Origin: Spirogloea muscicola
Taxonomy: Eukaryota
NCBI GenBank assembly: GCA_009602725.1
Contig: WELB01000028.1
Coordinates: 771,972-834,922, forward strand
Length of the DNA: 62,951 bases
Direction of reading: 5' to 3'
The notes beneath the pieces were generated by a model, which saw nothing but the letters and a program-made list of their open reading frames with translations, did not search any database and was not told where the DNA came from. Of this stretch, positions 24,380-36,611 are shown in pieces (the first letter of the stretch is position 1; the number at the start of each line of letters is the position of its first letter). The translations under genes and the position numbers were made by a program.

Positions 24380-26730
24380 AGTGGCCATGAAAGGCCAGCC
24401 CAAGATAAATAACAAGTTCACGTTGGATCAAAGGTCCAACAACCCAACGCAAATCACTCAGCAGAACAAGCGGCTACCACGACGGTGAGGTCTGGGAGCA
24501 ATTTGAGTGCTAGCTTCCGGCTATCCGTGCATATAAGTCAGAAGGCCGTCTAGAAACCAAAGAGGAAGGAAGGCCGTCGAGGGACCAAGTTTGTAGGGCT
24601 CTCGTCACTATTGTGGGCTGGCCTCGCACAGCTACCTTCGGACCTTGTCCACTCTTCGTTTGGGCTGGCCATCGGCCCCTTTGTATAACCTCGTCCTTCT
24701 ACGCCAAAAATGAGATAGCTTCATCTGTTGTTGCAAGAGCTGATCGAATCTGCTCTCCGTGACCTCTGCGACTGGACGCCCTTCAACCTTTAGTCAAATC
24801 GTGCACTCCGGGGTAATCAGAGGGCTGATCAGAATCAGAGGGAAAAGCTTCGCCTTTGTCAAAAGCCAGACGCAGCAGCCAAGGTGTTGAAGTGTCTCTT
24901 CCAAATCTGGCCGCGCTTGCTTCTTCCAAAGGGAACAAGGTTGTGAAGAGCCAGAGGAGGTCATAAGGAGCCGCAGAGGAGTAGTAGCTCCTCCACAGAA
25001 AGGTAAGCTCATCGAAATTGGCCGAGGGCTGTAAGAATCCCGCCCGAAAGAAATTGACAAGGTCCGAGAAGTAGAAGCAGCTCCTTCCGAAGAAGGAAGA
25101 TAGATTAGAACAGCTCTTCCACTGCTCTTCTTAAAGGGGCGAGGGCTTGGAAGCCAGCCCCAGAAAATGGACAAGGTCCGAAAGGGCCGGGAAGTGCTTA
25201 AACTTATACGAAGCAAGTACCAAGAAGTATGGTCACTTTCAATTTGCCTAGTGAGAAACAGCTTCTCCAATGTAAGACAATGGCTGTGAGAGGCTAGCAC
25301 AGAAGTCAGAACAAGGTCTGAAAAGACTGGGACGTAGAATTCAGGGAACTTCTCTCTGTGACGTCTGCTGATTATCTCAATTACTTCTACTCAGCTAGTG
25401 CAGATCGGAGTAACTAGAGGATAGAAAAACGTGGCACTGTCGGAACCGGGAGGCAGCAGCCAAAGGCGCGGCCTGCCCGCAAGTGCACGGCAAACGCCAT
25501 GGTAATTGCTCGCCCACAGAGAAGAGGGGCTAGCAAAGCCAGCCCAAAAAAGAAGAAGTGGCTCTCCCAAAGGGTGCAAGGGCTGTGAGAAGCCAGCCCG
25601 AAAAGAATTGACAAGGTTCGAAGGGGCCAAACTACGAGCTAAGCAGCGACTGCGGGGCCTGAAGAGGCTCTGGCAGAACGGGGGACGATTACTCAGTAGT
25701 TACGAGTGAGGAGCCTCACATCCGACAGACTAGAAGAAGAAGAAGTGGCTCTCCCAATGGGGGCAAGGGCTGTGAGAAGCCAGCCCGAAAAGAATTGACA
25801 AGGTTCGAAGGGGCCAAACTACGAGCTAAGCAGCGACTGCGGGGCCTGAAGAGGCTTTGGCAGAACGGGGGAGGATGGACCACTCAGTAGTTACGAATAA
25901 GGAGCCTCACATCCGACAGGCTAGCTGCCGGAAAACTATCCCCCTGACGAAAGCCGGAGGCCGCAGCGAGAGGCACGGCCAGCACGCTGATGCAAGGCGT
26001 GGGCCAAACTAGAATAGACAATAGAGAAGGGCTCGCCCATCGAGTACAGAAAAGCGCGCCCATAGAAAAGAGGGGCTGGCCAAGCCAGCCCAAAAAAGAA
26101 TGGACATTGTCCAAAGCCAAAGCAAGAGGAGCCGGAGAAAGGACTACACTACAACATACTGCAGAACACAGAAACGATGCAGAGGAAAGCTCAGTACCCG
26201 CGAGTGAGCAACATCAGGTCTGAGTAGCTCGCTGCAGGGAAAGAGGCGCTCCGCCGAGACCCAGAGGCGGCGGCCATAGCACGGCCTGCGCGCGTATGGA
26301 CGGCGTGGGCAAGGGAGCGTTGAAGCGATACGGCCAGGCGCATGCGGAAGACTTGTGCGAGCGACCCGGCGGCGTTGAAGCCGGGCATCGCCCCTGGCAG
26401 ACCCGGCCGCCAATCAATGGCCTGGCGAGCAAGCCGCTGAATGAGATCCAGCCAGCGGCTGCCGAAAGCCCCGTGTACATCCATCGCCAGGGCCGCGATC
26501 GAAGGGGCCAAACTACGAAGGGGAGCGCAAGCTCTAATAGAGGGAAGGATGAATCACTCAATAACGAGTGAGGAGCTTCAAATCTGACAGACTAAGCTGG
26601 CGGAAAACAATTCCCCTGACGAAAGCCAGAGGCAGCAGCAACAGCATTGTGTAGGGGCTGGGAAAAGCAGGGGCTGGGAAAAGCCAAGTGCGCGCCCATA
26701 GAGAAGAGGGGCTGGCAAAGCCAGCCCACC
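24380..26730 (-). mobile_element. Array of multiple 5'-truncated RLE retroelement 3' ends from several subfamilies, mostly on the minus strand
   Basis: C-terminal peptides occur at 26191-26490 (AMDVHGAFGSRWLDLIQRL...RLAVSLQRSLAHAVHTRAGRAMAAASG..SYSDLMLLTRGY*), 26558 (SLSDLKLLTRY*), 25884 (SLSDVRLLIRNY*), 25693 (SLSDVRLLTRNY*) and ~25380-25500. Two near-identical ~185-bp units lie at 25551-25733 and 25737-25925. There are many copies of the gggctggc hairpin module. Confidence 0.85.
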
Positions 26731-26847
<117 letters not shown>

Positions 26848-27367
26848 CGAGCTCGCCAGCGGCCGGGTGTGGGCCGCGGCCGCGAGGCGTGGCTGCCGAG
26901 CTGCGCCCCCCAGCCCGCGCACGCAGGACAGATAGCCTTAGCTGGGCGCCCACCTCCCTCCTTCAGCTGCCGCCGGCCCTCCGCCGCCCACTCCACGGCT
27001 CACAAAGCGCAGCGCCCCCTGCGGGCTTGAGGCTGCCGTGGTCACTGTCGCCGCCGTTGCAGCGGCGGAGCTTCGTACTGCCATTGCAGCAGACACCTAA
27101 TTGCGCTGCCGTGCTGCGTCGGGACTGAGCGCAGCAAGTGGTGCGGAATGCTCACTGCGCTGCTGGCCCTGGCCGTGACCCATCAGACGGGATGCGCTGG
27201 GAGCGGCGCCGCAGTGGGGTGGAGCCGCCTTGAGTTCTCATCAGAGAGCTCGTGCTGAGCTGACGTCAAGGTCGTGTGAAGACAACAGCAGCGCTGCAGC
27301 ATCAGGAGTGCCGCGCTCTGCCTCTGGCGACCGTCACGGCACCCTGGCCTCGCTGCTCGAACGCCTG

Positions 27368-30300
27368 ATGGGGCAAGACGGCAGCGCGTCGCCGCCGTCG
27401 CCTTCATCGTCACCGCCTCGCAGCTCGCATGCCCGTGGAGTCGCCAATGGGACTGTCGGCTCCACCTTTGATGACAACGTCGAGGGGGAGGGCAGGGTGG
27501 AAGACACCTACGAGGCCGCCATTGCCGGCATCGAGAGCCTTGACTACGAGGTCATTGAGAGCTCCCTGTACCGGGAAGACCAGGTGCGAGCCTCCCCCTC
27601 TGCTGGCCCGCCGCTGCTAGCTCGCAATGTTTTCGGCCTCAATCATGCAGTAGCATGTGCGTGTGGATATGGGGCTTGAGTTGCAATTGGGATCCTTCTT
27701 GCGGAGCGGCTGAGTGATGAGATAGATAGCTGCTGCTGCTTGGCGTAATCTGGCGGCAGGCCCGCAGCGGCGCATGGGACCACGCAAGCTACGTCGCGCT
27801 CAAGTGGGCCTTCGCCCTCCTTCTCGGCATGGGTTCGGCCCCCCCGCTAGCCAGCATACTAAGCCGTCAAGCAGCATATGGCCTCTGGACTCCGCTGGTT
27901 GCTCAGTCTAGCAGCTCCAACTGAGCAATCTCTCCCTCCCTCGCACCCTGGCTTTCTCTTGGCTGCTTCCGCTCCTCCATCCTGCTCAAGTGACGGAGTG
28001 CAAATGTCTCACTCCTTGAGCACTCTGTATCTTCATCTTTGGAAGCTCAGTGCATTGCGCCGATGATTGCCTTCTGGTTCTACCCTCTCTTAGACAAGAC
28101 CTGACCCGAAGGCTTCCTCCTGAAGGGGAGGACAAGACCTAATACGTACTGCCAGACTTCCTCCGATTATTGATTTAGCCCTTGTGTCAAGAGGATGCGA
28201 TTGCAGGCACGGCACTAGCGGCATTCTTCATCAATGTGGCCGTTGAGAACCTTGCCGGCTGGAAATTCACAGCCACGTTCTGGCTCCTCCGTCACTCCTA
28301 CGTCGCTGCGTTCATCGTCTATGCGCTCTTCAATGTCGCGCTCGTACTATCGTCCGTGCACATTGTGACTGAGTACGCACCTGCTGCGGCTGGGTCCGGC
28401 ATCCCTGAGATCAAGGGCTACCTCAACGGTATGACCCAGCACGTCCGCTAGGTCACCTTCACGTAGTGGGCTTTGAGAAGATGCACCTGCCTTCTGTAAA
28501 GCCTAACCTGATTCCTGGATACACCTTAGACTTGTATCTTTCAGAACCATTCATTGTCCATGCCTTGTACTCAGCCGCAGACAGCAGCTTAGCAGGGGAT
28601 TCTTGGCATGAAAGCCAAGGTATCAGCTCTTGTCCTGCTGCTAATATTATCTCTTTTAACACGATCATTACGGCTGTGATGCTCAGGAATTGACACGCCT
28701 GGCATATTGCTCCTCAGGACACTTCTTGGCAAGGTGCTTATAATCAGCTTTCACTCTACCATTCTTGCATTGCATGTTGACGAGTACTGTCTAGTGACTT
28801 GCTGAGGGGACGTTGTGATGTGTGGTATCACCTTTCGTAGCATCCAGTATCTTGTAGGCATGCACTGGAAGCACTACAGGGATCATTGGTTGACCTCCTC
28901 AACATTGGAAGGCCATGCAAAGCCCTCTCGTCTTGCCCTTCTGCGAAACAAGTCATCAAACGTGGCCCTCCGCATTGCGGCTAATGCTTCTGATGCAAGC
29001 TGGCGACTTTTATAAAGCAGATATTTGGCAGCTTGGGATCTGTGGCAGGCGGCCTTGCGCTGGGCAAGGAGGGCCCCCTCGTCCACACAGGGGCTTGCAT
29101 TGCCTCGCTCCTCGGCCAGGTGATGCTTGCAAGCACGCTCCACGTCTCTGGCAAGTATGGCTCAAAGCCTCAGCCCAGAAGCAGCTGACCCCAAAAGCGG
29201 GTGACCCCAATTTGACACGGGCCCTCATCAGTCCGACTGCCTCTTTTTTCTTCTAGGTTGCTCAAGGCGAGAGGTGCTGTGCAAGACATGGCCACATTGA
29301 GCTAGCTAAGCTCAGCTATAAGTATAGCAGATAGAAGTGAGAGCAGAATTACAAAACGCAAACAAAATTAATAGAACCATTAGCTGCTGCAAGTGGATGT
29401 AGTTGCTGTACAAGTTTGCCTAACACGTGACACTTTGCATCTCAGGGTGGCTCAACCAAGTACAGAATTACGTGGCGCCTGCTCCGTGTCTTCCAAAATG
29501 ATCGCGACCGCAGGGACCTAGTGCGTTCTGATCACCCATCTTGCTTCTGGGCTTCACTGCAAAGGTCCCGAAGCTAAGCCCTGAGTCGAATTGAAACCCA
29601 TTACCTGAAGAGCTACGCTGCTGTTGGTTGGGCTCCTAGGTCACGTGTGGAGCCGCTGCTGGAGCTGCAGCCGCATTTCGCGCGCCGGTGGGGGGCGTGC
29701 TTTTTGCGCTGGAGGAAATGACGTCCTGGTCTGCATATATAAAGCCAGCCGGCCCAGTCGCACGTAGTTCACATTGCTTGATGCTCACACTCCTGCCCTT
29801 GCATGGATGGTCCACCATTCGCCGCTTGCTTGTCTTGGAGTGCGGCCCTGTGACCAAGTCAAATTCGTCTGGCAGTTCGCAAAAGGCATCCTCTTCTCTT
29901 CTGTCACTGGTGTCACAAGTTAGCAACTCCTTGATGGACTCAATTGACTATTCTAGCAGACCAACCAGAGCGGTACATATGAATTAACTGCATTGCCATC
30001 AGCTCTTCCTCGACTCATGATGGGCTGGCGGTACAGGTGGAGGAGCCAGCTGCTTTGGCGCGTCTTCTTCACGTCGGCGATTGTGACGGTGGTCCTGCGC
30101 TTCCTCATGAGCTGGTGCGCTCGTGGCAATTGCGGCCACTTTGGCGGCGGAGGTTTCATCATTTGGGACATCCACCAGGGGTGAGGGTTGTGTGGCTGCT
30201 CCAGTCCTGACAATAAATTAGCCTGCAAGGCGATCGTTAAGAGTGAGGCATTCTGGTGTCCCCAGGACGACATACTTTACGCCCTTTGCCACAGTCTAAT

Positions 30301-33300
30301 GGATCGGATCCGCAACCCTGCTAACTGTCACAGATCTCTTTGTGCTGACAACAGGTGCCAGAAAGAAAGGCTTTGCTCCCTTTCTGCTAGCCTCTTGCAG
30401 CTCACTCTCATTCAGCTGTATAAGCAAGCCAGCTGAAATTGCAAGTGCTCATCATAATCTATGTGCGTGCAGTGCGCAGGAGGACTATGCTTTTGTGGAA
30501 CTCCTGCCAATGGCTGCTGTCGGCATCATTGGCGGCATTCTTGGTATACTTCTTACCCAAAGATACCTCTATATCTCATGGTGGCGCCTGCTTGTGACTT
30601 GTGCTTGCCAGCACATACTGCAACAATTGGATTCAACAGTCCTGGCTGTGACATGCACCTGGAACATTGGGAAAGAAGTATGTTAAGAGTAGAAAGCCTC
30701 GCTGGCGGTAGCATGCAGTTGCAGTATTGTTGAGCCATCCATAAATCAGCACATATGTAGCTTATGCAGTCAATTAACAAATGTGTTGAACTGAATAGAA
30801 GTTCCCATCACCACAGCATTGTGGTTCTGACTGCTTTGCAGGGGCGCTGTTTAATCAATTGACATTTTACCTCTCCTCCTGGCGGCGTAATTCTTTACAC
30901 CCGCAAGGCAATCATGTCAAGGTGGCCTCCCTAGCCTCATGTGGTGCGACAAAGTCTTGCTTGTTGTAGTGTGTTGCTTGTGACAGGAGCTCACTGAAGC
31001 AATTACATCTGCATAATTCTCGTCAATTCTTGGGTGCATGTGCATGTGCACTACAGTGCAACACAGTGGAGTCCTTAACAGGCAGTCTTTGTTAGCTTCT
31101 GAAGTGCATTGCTGACAGCGCATGTTGCACACAGGTCTGCAGCTTGACATAGCTACTGCACCTGTTCTATCTGACAGGTCATCGAAGCCTGCACAGTGGC
31201 ACTCTTAACGACAGCACTGTCCTTTGGGATGCCCATGCTCACAAAGTGCAGGCCCTGCCCGGACCCTGTGAAGTATCCACTCATTGAGTGTCCAAGACCG
31301 CAGAGGAACTATGGCAACTTTGTCAATGTAACTCCTCATCCGCCTGTTTCCTGCAGGTTCCTGCTGTTTGATGCTGATGGGTGTATACATCTTTGCACCT
31401 GGATGCCAGCTGAATGCTTGGACAATGTCAAAATTACCTATAGCTAGGTCTGCACTTCATCATTGAGCGTGGGGCTGATGGTTGGGCTGCTTAGAGATGG
31501 ACAGAAGTGCCGCTGTTTGTGTTGTTGTTGTCTTACACAGCCGCTGACTGTCTTGCGTTACATCAGTTTTACTGTCAGAATGATGGGGAGTACAATGACC
31601 TCGCCACCATCTTCTTCAACACTCAGGTGCTTAAACAACTGTAAATCACGATATCTGTTGGCGTTGCTTCTAAAGCATCACATCTGCTCCGAGAGCAACT
31701 TGGAAAGTGACGGTTGCTTGGTTTAGTCAGTCGTTATCCAGTCACAAGGATGCAAGCTGCTTGAAAGTGTTGCCTACTTGAGGTCGCACCCGACAGCCTT
31801 GTGCTTGTGACAATTGCCTGTGATTGCCAGGATGATGCTATTCGGAACCTCTTCAGCAGCAACACGCACCATGAATACAGCGCCCACACCCTTGTGACAT
31901 TTCTCGTGAGTACCGTTCGGCAGGAAATGCCATGTCTGGGCTTCCAATTAAGATAGGAACAACTATTGCCAAATCCACCAATCATAGCAGGCGTAACCAT
32001 AAAATAAGACATCAAATAAGCGGCTCCTCTAATAAGAGCTCTGCTGTCGCTGCTGGCCTGAAGCTTGTAGCTCACGCACGCCACATCGTGAGGCTGCAAT
32101 GATTCACACTTAAGTGTCACGGATGGCAAACCTCTCAGAGTGGCTTCATTGTATGTGGGCGACCAGGTCACGTTCTTCGGCCTGGCCGTCATCACCTACG
32201 GCACGGCCGTTCCTTCTGGCCAGTTCGTCCCCGGCATCATGATCGGCTCGACATACGGGAGACTTGTGGGAATGGTCATTGTGCATCTCTACTCCAAGGA
32301 CACAATAGAAGAGGGGACGTGAGTCACGGCTCCTCTTTGTTACATCCACCATTGGTCGTGGCCTCAGACCTCAGCACTCTCGCCAGTCACTGCACACTGA
32401 AGCACTATTTCGTTACGCTGTAGTGGGACACTTCTGCACATGACTCCCTGCCTCACCATATGCAGTGGCCCACATTATGTATAGAACAGTACTGTCCTAT
32501 TGGTCCAGGTTTAGGTTTGTGGTGTACATTAGCAAGCTGACCTTTGCAGCTTGTGGGTAGCTCAAGCTCTAAGTCACCATTCATGTTATGTCATGCAGGT
32601 ATGCCCTCCTTGGGGCAGCGTCCTTCCTGGCGGGCTCCATGCGGATGACTGTGTCGCTGTGCGTAATAATGGTCGAGATTACCAACAATCTGAAGCTCCT
32701 CCCGCTTATCATGCTCGTCGTCCTCATTTCCAAGGTGCACCCCATGTGAATGATACACACTCGGCAGGACCTTACCTTACCTTACAGAATCTCATGCAGA
32801 TACAACGAAGTACAAGAGCCCCAAGTGCAGAATGTTGTAAGTGGTAGTTTCGCCATTTTTGGAAGAACAATAGGTCTGCTTACCCTGTCATTCTAAAAAA
32901 TGTCCCTTTGCTCGATCCTGCATGTTTCTCAAGGCTGTGGGAGACGCATTCACACCAGGATTCTACGATGTGCATGCAAGCCTGAAGCAGATTCCAATAC
33001 TAGAATCTCAGCCCAAGCGCTTCATGGGAAAGCTCAGTGCCAGAGATGCCATCACCAAGAAGGTGCTCCTTCTCTAAAGCCATTGGACATTCCTACTCGT
33101 AAGCCTACTCTTGTCATGGACATTTGGGAGAAAGCATTAACTACGCATTCAGGGGTCTGTTGTTTGACCACATATTTGTGCTCAGCAGGCTGTTACACTC
33201 CCCCGTCTGGAGCAAGTTGGTCACCTGCTCAGCGTGCTTCGAAGTACGCAGCACAATGGCTTCCCTGTGAGGCTACAGCTGCTCACTTGACCTTCTGCAA

Positions 33301-35164
33301 TCTTCAGATTCCTCATGCTGGATGCAGCTGTCTCTTGCACCTACTTTGTACTTGGACTGATGGCAGCGCCACTGTCATCCGCTTTGAGCCGCTGTTCGAG
33401 CTATTAAGTCAGCTTTTGTACACAATGCTTCATGTTGTTGCACCACATACCACTGACACTATGCTGCCTAACTCATAGGTCGTTGAAGACCTCGGAGAGG
33501 GCAAGACTGCCCTCATTGGCCTGATTTTGCGTAGGTACTATCAAGCTTGGCAGCCCACCACATTGCTCACACTTGACAACTCAGCTTCTGTCTATGGTTG
33601 AGAGAAATAGGGTAGGTTCTATCAGCAGCTTATCTTTCCTGCTGGTGGAAACTAGTGTACAATAGCTTCCTTAATGCTTTCAAGACGTCATTCAGTATTC
33701 TGGTAATCTGGGAATCTGCATGCAGCCACTTGGTGATGTTGCTCAAGTCACGTGCGGACTTCCAACAGACAGATACGGTTGGCGACACTCGAGGACGGAT
33801 TCCTTTCAGGTTCTTGACGATCCTCTTTACTGGCCTACATACTGTCCCACAGCTCGATGTATAGCACATATGTCCATCTCAGGCTCAGCTCCACTGCATG
33901 TAACAGCTTGCATTCAGCATACAGGTAATGAAATGTTCTGATGCAAGGAAAGGGTGCCAGCACACGTTGCTGATCAGCGAGTTCACTGTCCAATATTGAT
34001 CCGTGTGATAGCACAAGCAGCTGGATTTTGTCCAGGTTCTGTTTGGCAACATCTCAGCCATGGATAACAAGCGAGCACGAGCCAGTAATGCAGCTCATTC
34101 TGCATTGGGGCTTGTGCTAGGTATGATATCACTGACTTCGCTAAGCCAGCATCCACCAAGGGTTTGGCTGTGGAGGACGTCCAGCTATCAGAGGCAGAGC
34201 TGGCCATGTGGCTCGACCTCAAGCCATTCCTGAATCCGACGCCGTACATTGTCGATGAGGATGTGTCTGTTACAAAGGTGACACCACCTTCTCGTATAGG
34301 CTGATGACAAGAGCATGCGCTTGATGTCACAGTCGAGGCACAACACTGAACTTTCGTTTTGTCTAAGCAGTTTTGTCGAGCATTGCATATGGCAGTTGTT
34401 CTTTTGAAGGTCTAAGGACCATGAGTCTCTTGAGGGCCTGGCAGGCATACATGTTATTCAGGCAACTCGGTCTGCGCCACCTCTGCGTGGTGCCCAAGCC
34501 ACTGGGCGTGCTGGGGGTTATCACGCGCAAGGACCTCCTTCATGAGGTCAACACAGTGCATTACAACAAGCACAACCCTCCATATGATGACAATAGATGG
34601 TGACACATGCACAGTTGCCGTTGATGGTAAGCATGGCTTCATTGGCTTCTAGACTTTCTCTTTACTTGACTGTGCTGCTGAGCAGGTCTTGGAAGAGAGG
34701 ACACCGGATGCATCAAACAATCTCTCACAGAAGAGCCTCAACAAAGTATGTCAAGCCCGTCTCAGCAAGAAGAGCTGACTCTGAAGTGGCTGGGAAGTGC
34801 ATTTTGTGTTGCTTGACTCTGTTTGAATGTGTACGTACGTGCAAGCGTGCGTGCGAGTGGGCTGCGCATGTGCGCGCGCGCGCGTGCGTGTGGGTGTGCG
34901 TGTGTTCATGAGTGTGTCTCTGTGTGCGCGTGTGCAAGTGTCTTTGTGTGTGTTTTCACGATCCGTCTGTTCATGCTGACTTTGCATTGACGCTCTGATC
35001 TTGCCCTTCTCATTGTCAGGCTGCCTTCTTTACAACAATTCGTATCATCTGCTGACGCAGATGCATTGCTGTTTGGGCAGGCTCCCGGTTTCCTCCTCAG
35101 GCCAGACCGACGACGGTCTGGCGACTACCACTGGGAGTATGCCGAGGTGGAGGAGATGATGTAA
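27368..35164 (+). CDS. CLC-d: CLC-family anion/H+ exchanger, CLC-d-like, with two CBS domains (~23 exons)
   Basis: Contains ESLDYEVIES, GSGIPE (28392-28409; Ser selectivity residue), GKEGP (gating Glu, ~29063), GGVLFALEEMTSW|WRSQLLWRVFFTSAIV (proton Glu), YGTAVPSGQFVP, HNGFP and LFRQLGLRHLCVVP...ITRKDL. The last exon, 35081-35164, reads APGFLL...EEMM*. The true start may lie slightly upstream. Confidence 0.93.
34826..34952. repeat. Imperfect (GT/GC)n alternating purine-pyrimidine tract in the last CLC intron
   Basis: Runs such as gtgtgtacgtacgtgc, gcgcgcgcgcgcgtgcgtgtg and gtgtgtg. Confidence 0.8.
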
Positions 35165-36014
35165 ATGGAGGTAAAATCTACTTCAGCCGCCAAGTTACAT
35201 CGGATGCCCTGGCGGAGCAGAGGATTAGATGGGGGGCTTTGAGACTTGGGTGTGTTGTCAAGTTTGTCAGACACAAGTCAGCTCATTGTGTTAACCACGG
35301 GGGCTGTGATGTGCTTAGAAATTGCTTCTGCAAGCTGCATGGGGCGCCTCTACCTTCACGGTCTATGCATGTAATGGTGCGCAGACAAGCTAAACTGTTG
35401 GTCCAAGTGCGCCTATTCTCGAGCACGCTAGCTTGATCAAGCGGTTGTGACGTATCATGCAGCTGCGTTGACAACTTTGGATGTGGGTTACTTCGTGAGA
35501 CTGTCCAAAGATGCGCTACTCTTGCTTGCAGGCAACTTCGCTATGCTTAAACCGTTCTGATGTGCGCCCTGCCCCTTTGAGAGGAGAATCAGATGATATG
35601 GACTTGCGTCTCAGGTTCACAGCCTTTCAAGTACAGCGCTGCTCCTCCTCTACGCTGCACCATGTCGTGGTTATAGAGAGCTTGGGCATGAGGCATGCGA
35701 AGTGCAGAAACTGGGGTAATCAGGTGATTCTGCGTGCTGACCCACGGTTACTGGCGGCACGACGAGTAGCTTGAATTTCGCTGAGGTGCAATCTCGGTCA
35801 GCCCTGCTTTTCTTCGACGACTACACGCTGCTTCCTGCGAGACGTCGCTCCTGGCCTCACGCTGGCGGCTACACAAGCATGCGCACAAGCTGCCGAGCAA
35901 GAGACCTGTCGGGGATGGCACTCGCGGGCCCCCGCACGCCTGCGCAAGCGCAGCCTCCAAAGGGGCCGCCGCCGCCGCCGCCGCCGGGGCCCGCAGCAGG
36001 CCTGCGCGCGCAGG

Positions 36015-36611
<597 letters not shown>

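Noticed and set aside
25560..25630. Repeat module as an HDV, hammerhead or twister ribozyme, or a tRNA-derived SINE
   Set aside because: I could not find the catalytic core motifs (such as CUGANGA/GAAA or the HDV nested double-pseudoknot order) or Pol III A/B boxes on either strand.
24380..26730. CRISPR-like repeat/spacer array
   Set aside because: The context is eukaryotic, unit lengths are irregular, repeats are degenerate and the intervening DNA is homologous retroelement coding sequence. There are no cas genes.
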